A DNA stretch of 64,000 bases from assembly GCA_030680795.1 (NCBI GenBank), contig JAUXUL010000036.1, positions 16,766-80,765 on the forward strand, written 5' to 3'. The DNA comes from Anaerolineales bacterium. GTDB lineage: Bacteria; Chloroflexota; Anaerolineae; Anaerolineales; Villigracilaceae. Both the position numbers and the translations under genes were made by a program. The notes below the pieces were generated by a model, which was given only the letters and a program-made list of their open reading frames with translations, was not told the DNA's origin and searched no databases. Positions 61,449 through 64,000 of this stretch are shown here, piece after piece (position 1 is the first letter of the stretch; every line of letters begins with the position of its first letter).

Positions 61449-62096
61449 ATGGCAAAGCAAACTCCCCCAAAACGCAAATATGATTCGTCCCGCCGCAAGG
61501 AGCAGGCGCTTCATACTCAACGTCAAATTGTGGAGGCCGCCCGCAGCCTGTTCATCAGCCGAGGCTATGCAGGTGCGACCATTGAAGCCATTGCCCAGGA
61601 AGCTGGTGTGGCTGTAGAGACCGTCTATGCATCCTTTGGAAGCAAACGGGCAATCCTTTCAAAGTTAATTGATGTGTCTATTGTTGGAGATGACCAGCCA
61701 ATTCCACTTTTACAACGGCAAGGTCCGCAGATGGTGCAGCTTGAAACGAATCAGCACCGCCAGATCAAACTTTTCGTAAATGACATTTACGAGATCATGG
61801 GACGTGTAGCCCCGATCTTTGATATTATGCGCGTGGCTGCAAAAACCGAACCAGATATTTCCGAGATGTTCCAAATAATACTCAATGCTCGCGTTCAGGG
61901 GATGATGACGTTTGTCAATGCTCTGATGAAGAACGGACCTTTGCGAGAAGGTCTTATACCTGAAGAAGCGGCAGAGACAGTGTGGGCGCTTACAAGCGGC
62001 GAAGTTTATATTTTGTTTATCACGAATCGCGGTTGGACTGAGAACAAATATAAGCAGTGGATGGTGAATGCGCTTGAAAAGCTTCTTCTGCCTTGA
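61449..62096 (+). CDS. TetR-family transcriptional regulator
   Basis: IVEAARSLFISRGYAGATIEAIAQEAGVAVETVYASFGSKRAIL. Divergent from the flavoprotein gene. Confidence 0.8.
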   Translation: MAKQTPPKRKYDSSRRKEQALHTQRQIVEAARSLFISRGYAGATIEAIAQEAGVAVETVYASFGSKRAILSKLIDVSIVGDDQPIPLLQRQGPQMVQLETNQHRQIKLFVNDIYEIMGRVAPIFDIMRVAAKTEPDISEMFQIILNARVQGMMTFVNALMKNGPLREGLIPEEAAETVWALTSGEVYILFITNRGWTENKYKQWMVNALEKLLLP

Positions 62097-62206
62097 GTAA
62101 TATTTGTCAGGAAGTATGTATAAAACACGATGATGCTCGCTGGCATATCACCCAGCTTTCCCGCAAATATCTTCCTCGAAATCAACAACGTGTCCGCTCA
62201 AAAATG

Positions 62207-62279
62207 GTGGTTTCGATAGGGCGGCAGAGGTGGGAGGTTTTGAAAAGATGGGACGAGTCCCGCCGCCTACTCAACCATC
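62207..62279. repeat. Family C-like hairpin element (inverted orientation)
   Basis: GTGGTTTCGATAGGGCGGC...CCCGCCGCCTACTCAACCA. Confidence 0.5.
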
Positions 62280-62291
62280 ACTAACCCCACT

Positions 62292-62720
62292 TCACTTATG
62301 TGGAATTGAGATTCTCACTACAAACTCTTTTGGAGTCAAAATGGGGATGTCTTTGTAAGTTTTCAAATCCAAAAGATGCGGGTCGCCTGAGACAATGCAA
62401 TCCGCTGATTCATTCAGGGCACAAGCCAGAACGAAATCATCGTCACGGTCACGGCTAACAGGATTTGTTTCAGGGATGCCTGACGTGAGGATGGAAAATG
62501 CGCGCAGAAAGTCGAGCAAGGCTTCGGCTTCTTGGGCAGCTTCGGGATATTTTTTCGCAATGTGACGGCGTGAAATCACATCACTAAATTCTTCGAGCAG
62601 ATGGGCAGATGTAACCAGTTTGATCTCTTCACGGCGGGCGGCGTCCAAAATGGATGCGGAATATCCCGACGCAATCACCCCGCTGACGAGTATATTGGTA
62701 TCAAGAACGACTTTTTGCAT
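62292..62720 (-). CDS. PIN-domain toxin
   Basis: ORF to 62759. ATG 62720 (MQKVVLDTNILVSG...DDDFVLACAL...IVSGDPHLL). Confidence 0.75.
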   Translation of the reverse strand: MQKVVLDTNILVSGVIASGYSASILDAARREEIKLVTSAHLLEEFSDVISRRHIAKKYPEAAQEAEALLDFLRAFSILTSGIPETNPVSRDRDDDFVLACALNESADCIVSGDPHLLDLKTYKDIPILTPKEFVVRISIPHK

Positions 62721-62958
62721 GACGAGATTTACGAACCTGTCGGGTGGCTTTGACCGCATCTTTCATCACTTCGTCTTCGCTGATGTGGGCATAAGCCTTG
62801 CGAATAGAATTGACAGATAATGTGAATTGACGCGCGATGGCTGGGCGGTCAAGGTCTTTGTCCAGCAAACGCCAGAGTGCGATCTTTTCCTGCGCGGGGA
62901 GTTGGCGCACAGCCCTCCTAATTTGGTCAAGCGATAAATCTACACTGACTGTATTCAT
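62701..62958 (-). CDS. Putative antitoxin of the PIN toxin
   Basis: ORF to 63060. ATG 62958 is preceded by AGGAG. 85 aa; 20-nt overlap with the toxin gene. Confidence 0.55.
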   Translation of the reverse strand: MNTVSVDLSLDQIRRAVRQLPAQEKIALWRLLDKDLDRPAIARQFTLSVNSIRKAYAHISEDEVMKDAVKATRQVRKSRHAKSRS

Positions 62959-63127
62959 GACAATCTCCTGTCCATATTTTACCCCGATTTGATGTCTCCC
63001 CGAAATCAAGGACGAGTCCCGCCGCCTTGTTTCGACAGGCTCAACATAAGCCTCAACCACCGCTCAACATGATTATTTATGTGGAATTGAGAATCACAAA
63101 TATTTATTATAAACCCGACATAAGTAT

Positions 63128-64000
63128 TTAATTATTAACATCCTTTCGCTTGTTCAGTATGACATTGCGTATTTTCCCCAATCCCAGCAAATTCAAGACA
63201 GCAGAGACAAAAATGTTCATCCGCGCCAGAGCCGTGGACGGGTGGATGAATAACGCGCGCATCCACGCGGAGAGCGCTTTGGCAGGCTGGCCGCCATCGA
63301 GCAGGTAGCGCGAGTCTACGCGGTGAGCTGAAGCGTAGGCGCGGCGAGTCACTTTTGCAAGAATGGGCGCGAGATGAAAATCCCGCGCTACGGTTTCCAA
63401 AATGCGGAAGGCTTCGCGTCCAAATTCGGCGGCTCTGGCGCGGTTCTTGGCTTCGGCATGGTAACGCGCGGCAGACCAGGTTTGGTGTGCGTGTAAAATT
63501 TTTCCCTGTTGCGCAATTTGAATCCAGAGCAAATGATCGAGCAGAAAGTGGAAAGTAGCATCAAGTCCGTTTGTCTTTTGCAGCGCAAAACGGCGCATGA
63601 ACACGCCGGGTTGTCCGATGATCTGGAAGCACAACAAATCTTCGATGGTCAATTGTTTGTAATTCAAAGTATTGAAGGTCCTGCCCTCTTCGTCCACGGC
63701 GAGCATGTTTCCGTACACCAGCACAACATCGGGATGCTCTTCAAAGACCTTTACCGCCGCGCTGACTGCGCCTTGTAAATAATAATCATCCGAGTTGAGC
63801 CAGGCAACGATATCCCCCGTTGCGCGGGCAAAGCCTTTGTTGATCGCATCCGCCTGCCCGCGATCTTTTTCTGAAACCCACCAGGCGAATCTGCTTTCGT
63901 ATTTCCTGATGATCTCCACGCTTCCATCTGTGGAGGCGCCGTCCACGACGATGTATTCAATGCGCGCATAATCCTGATCCAAAACAGACAAGATCGTCTG
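63128..64000 (-). CDS. GT2-family glycosyltransferase, N-terminus beyond the window edge
   Basis: ILSVLDQDYARIEYIVVDGASTDGS...VAWLNSDDYY. The reading frame is open to position 64000. Confidence 0.75.
   Translation of the reverse strand, partial: QTILSVLDQDYARIEYIVVDGASTDGSVEIIRKYESRFAWWVSEKDRGQADAINKGFARATGDIVAWLNSDDYYLQGAVSAAVKVFEEHPDVVLVYGNMLAVDEEGRTFNTLNYKQLTIEDLLCFQIIGQPGVFMRRFALQKTNGLDATFHFLLDHLLWIQIAQQGKILHAHQTWSAARYHAEAKNRARAAEFGREAFRILETVARDFHLAPILAKVTRRAYASAHRVDSRYLLDGGQPAKALSAWMRALFIHPSTALARMNIFVSAVLNLLGLGKIRNVILNKRKDVNN

Noticed and set aside
1-64000. A prophage, integrative element or IS-mediated island explaining the accessory genes.
   Set aside because: No integrase, transposase, recombinase or phage structural gene is visible in any frame. 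The mobile-looking content is limited to TA cassettes, a GIY-YIG gene and non-autonomous hairpin repeats.

Overview
The window is essentially one very large cell-surface glycan locus. It spans about 6-60 kb, nearly all on the + strand, with one minus-strand methyltransferase/GT2 operon at 18.0-20.9 kb and small accessory cassettes at both ends.

Recognisable content:
- a WbpB/WbpD/WbpE plus WecB-type 2,3-diacetamido-sugar pathway
- both a Wzx flippase and a Wzm/Wzt ABC exporter (Wzt has a C-terminal extension)
- a GDP-fucose-synthase-like enzyme and other SDR enzymes
- two separate nonulosonic-acid modules: (a) PseB-type dehydratase + NeuB-type synthase + SpsF-type cytidylyltransferase; (b) SAF-less NeuB-type synthase + NeuA-HAD phosphatase fusion
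- a fused ATP-sulfurylase/APS-kinase with two sulfotransferases
- at least six SAM methyltransferase domains
- about ten GT-A/GT-B glycosyltransferase-like genes, including KpsC/KpsS-like paralogs
- five polytopic membrane proteins, of which two are clearly ArnT/PMT-like (GT-C)

Most unusual observations:
1. Five paralogs of a small wHTH regulator each sit behind an ATTCAG-N3-CTGAAT dyad that overlaps the -10. Four of them lie in iterated units at 0-6.1 kb that also carry two 5' remnants of a second wzm gene and two toxin-antitoxin cassettes.
2. A same-orientation array of seven DnaA-box-like 9-mers (three perfect TTATCCACA) lies at 32.64-32.83 kb.
3. Several families of short palindromic REP/MITE-like elements are present, and one copy sits in frame inside a coding sequence.
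4. A GIY-YIG gene and a HEPN-like orphan are inserted mid-cluster, next to an orphan duplicate of the neighbouring gene's 3' end.

No rRNA, tRNA, CRISPR array, transposase or integrase was seen. All functional calls come from by-eye motif and family recognition on the supplied translations. No database search was possible, and the taxon is undetermined.
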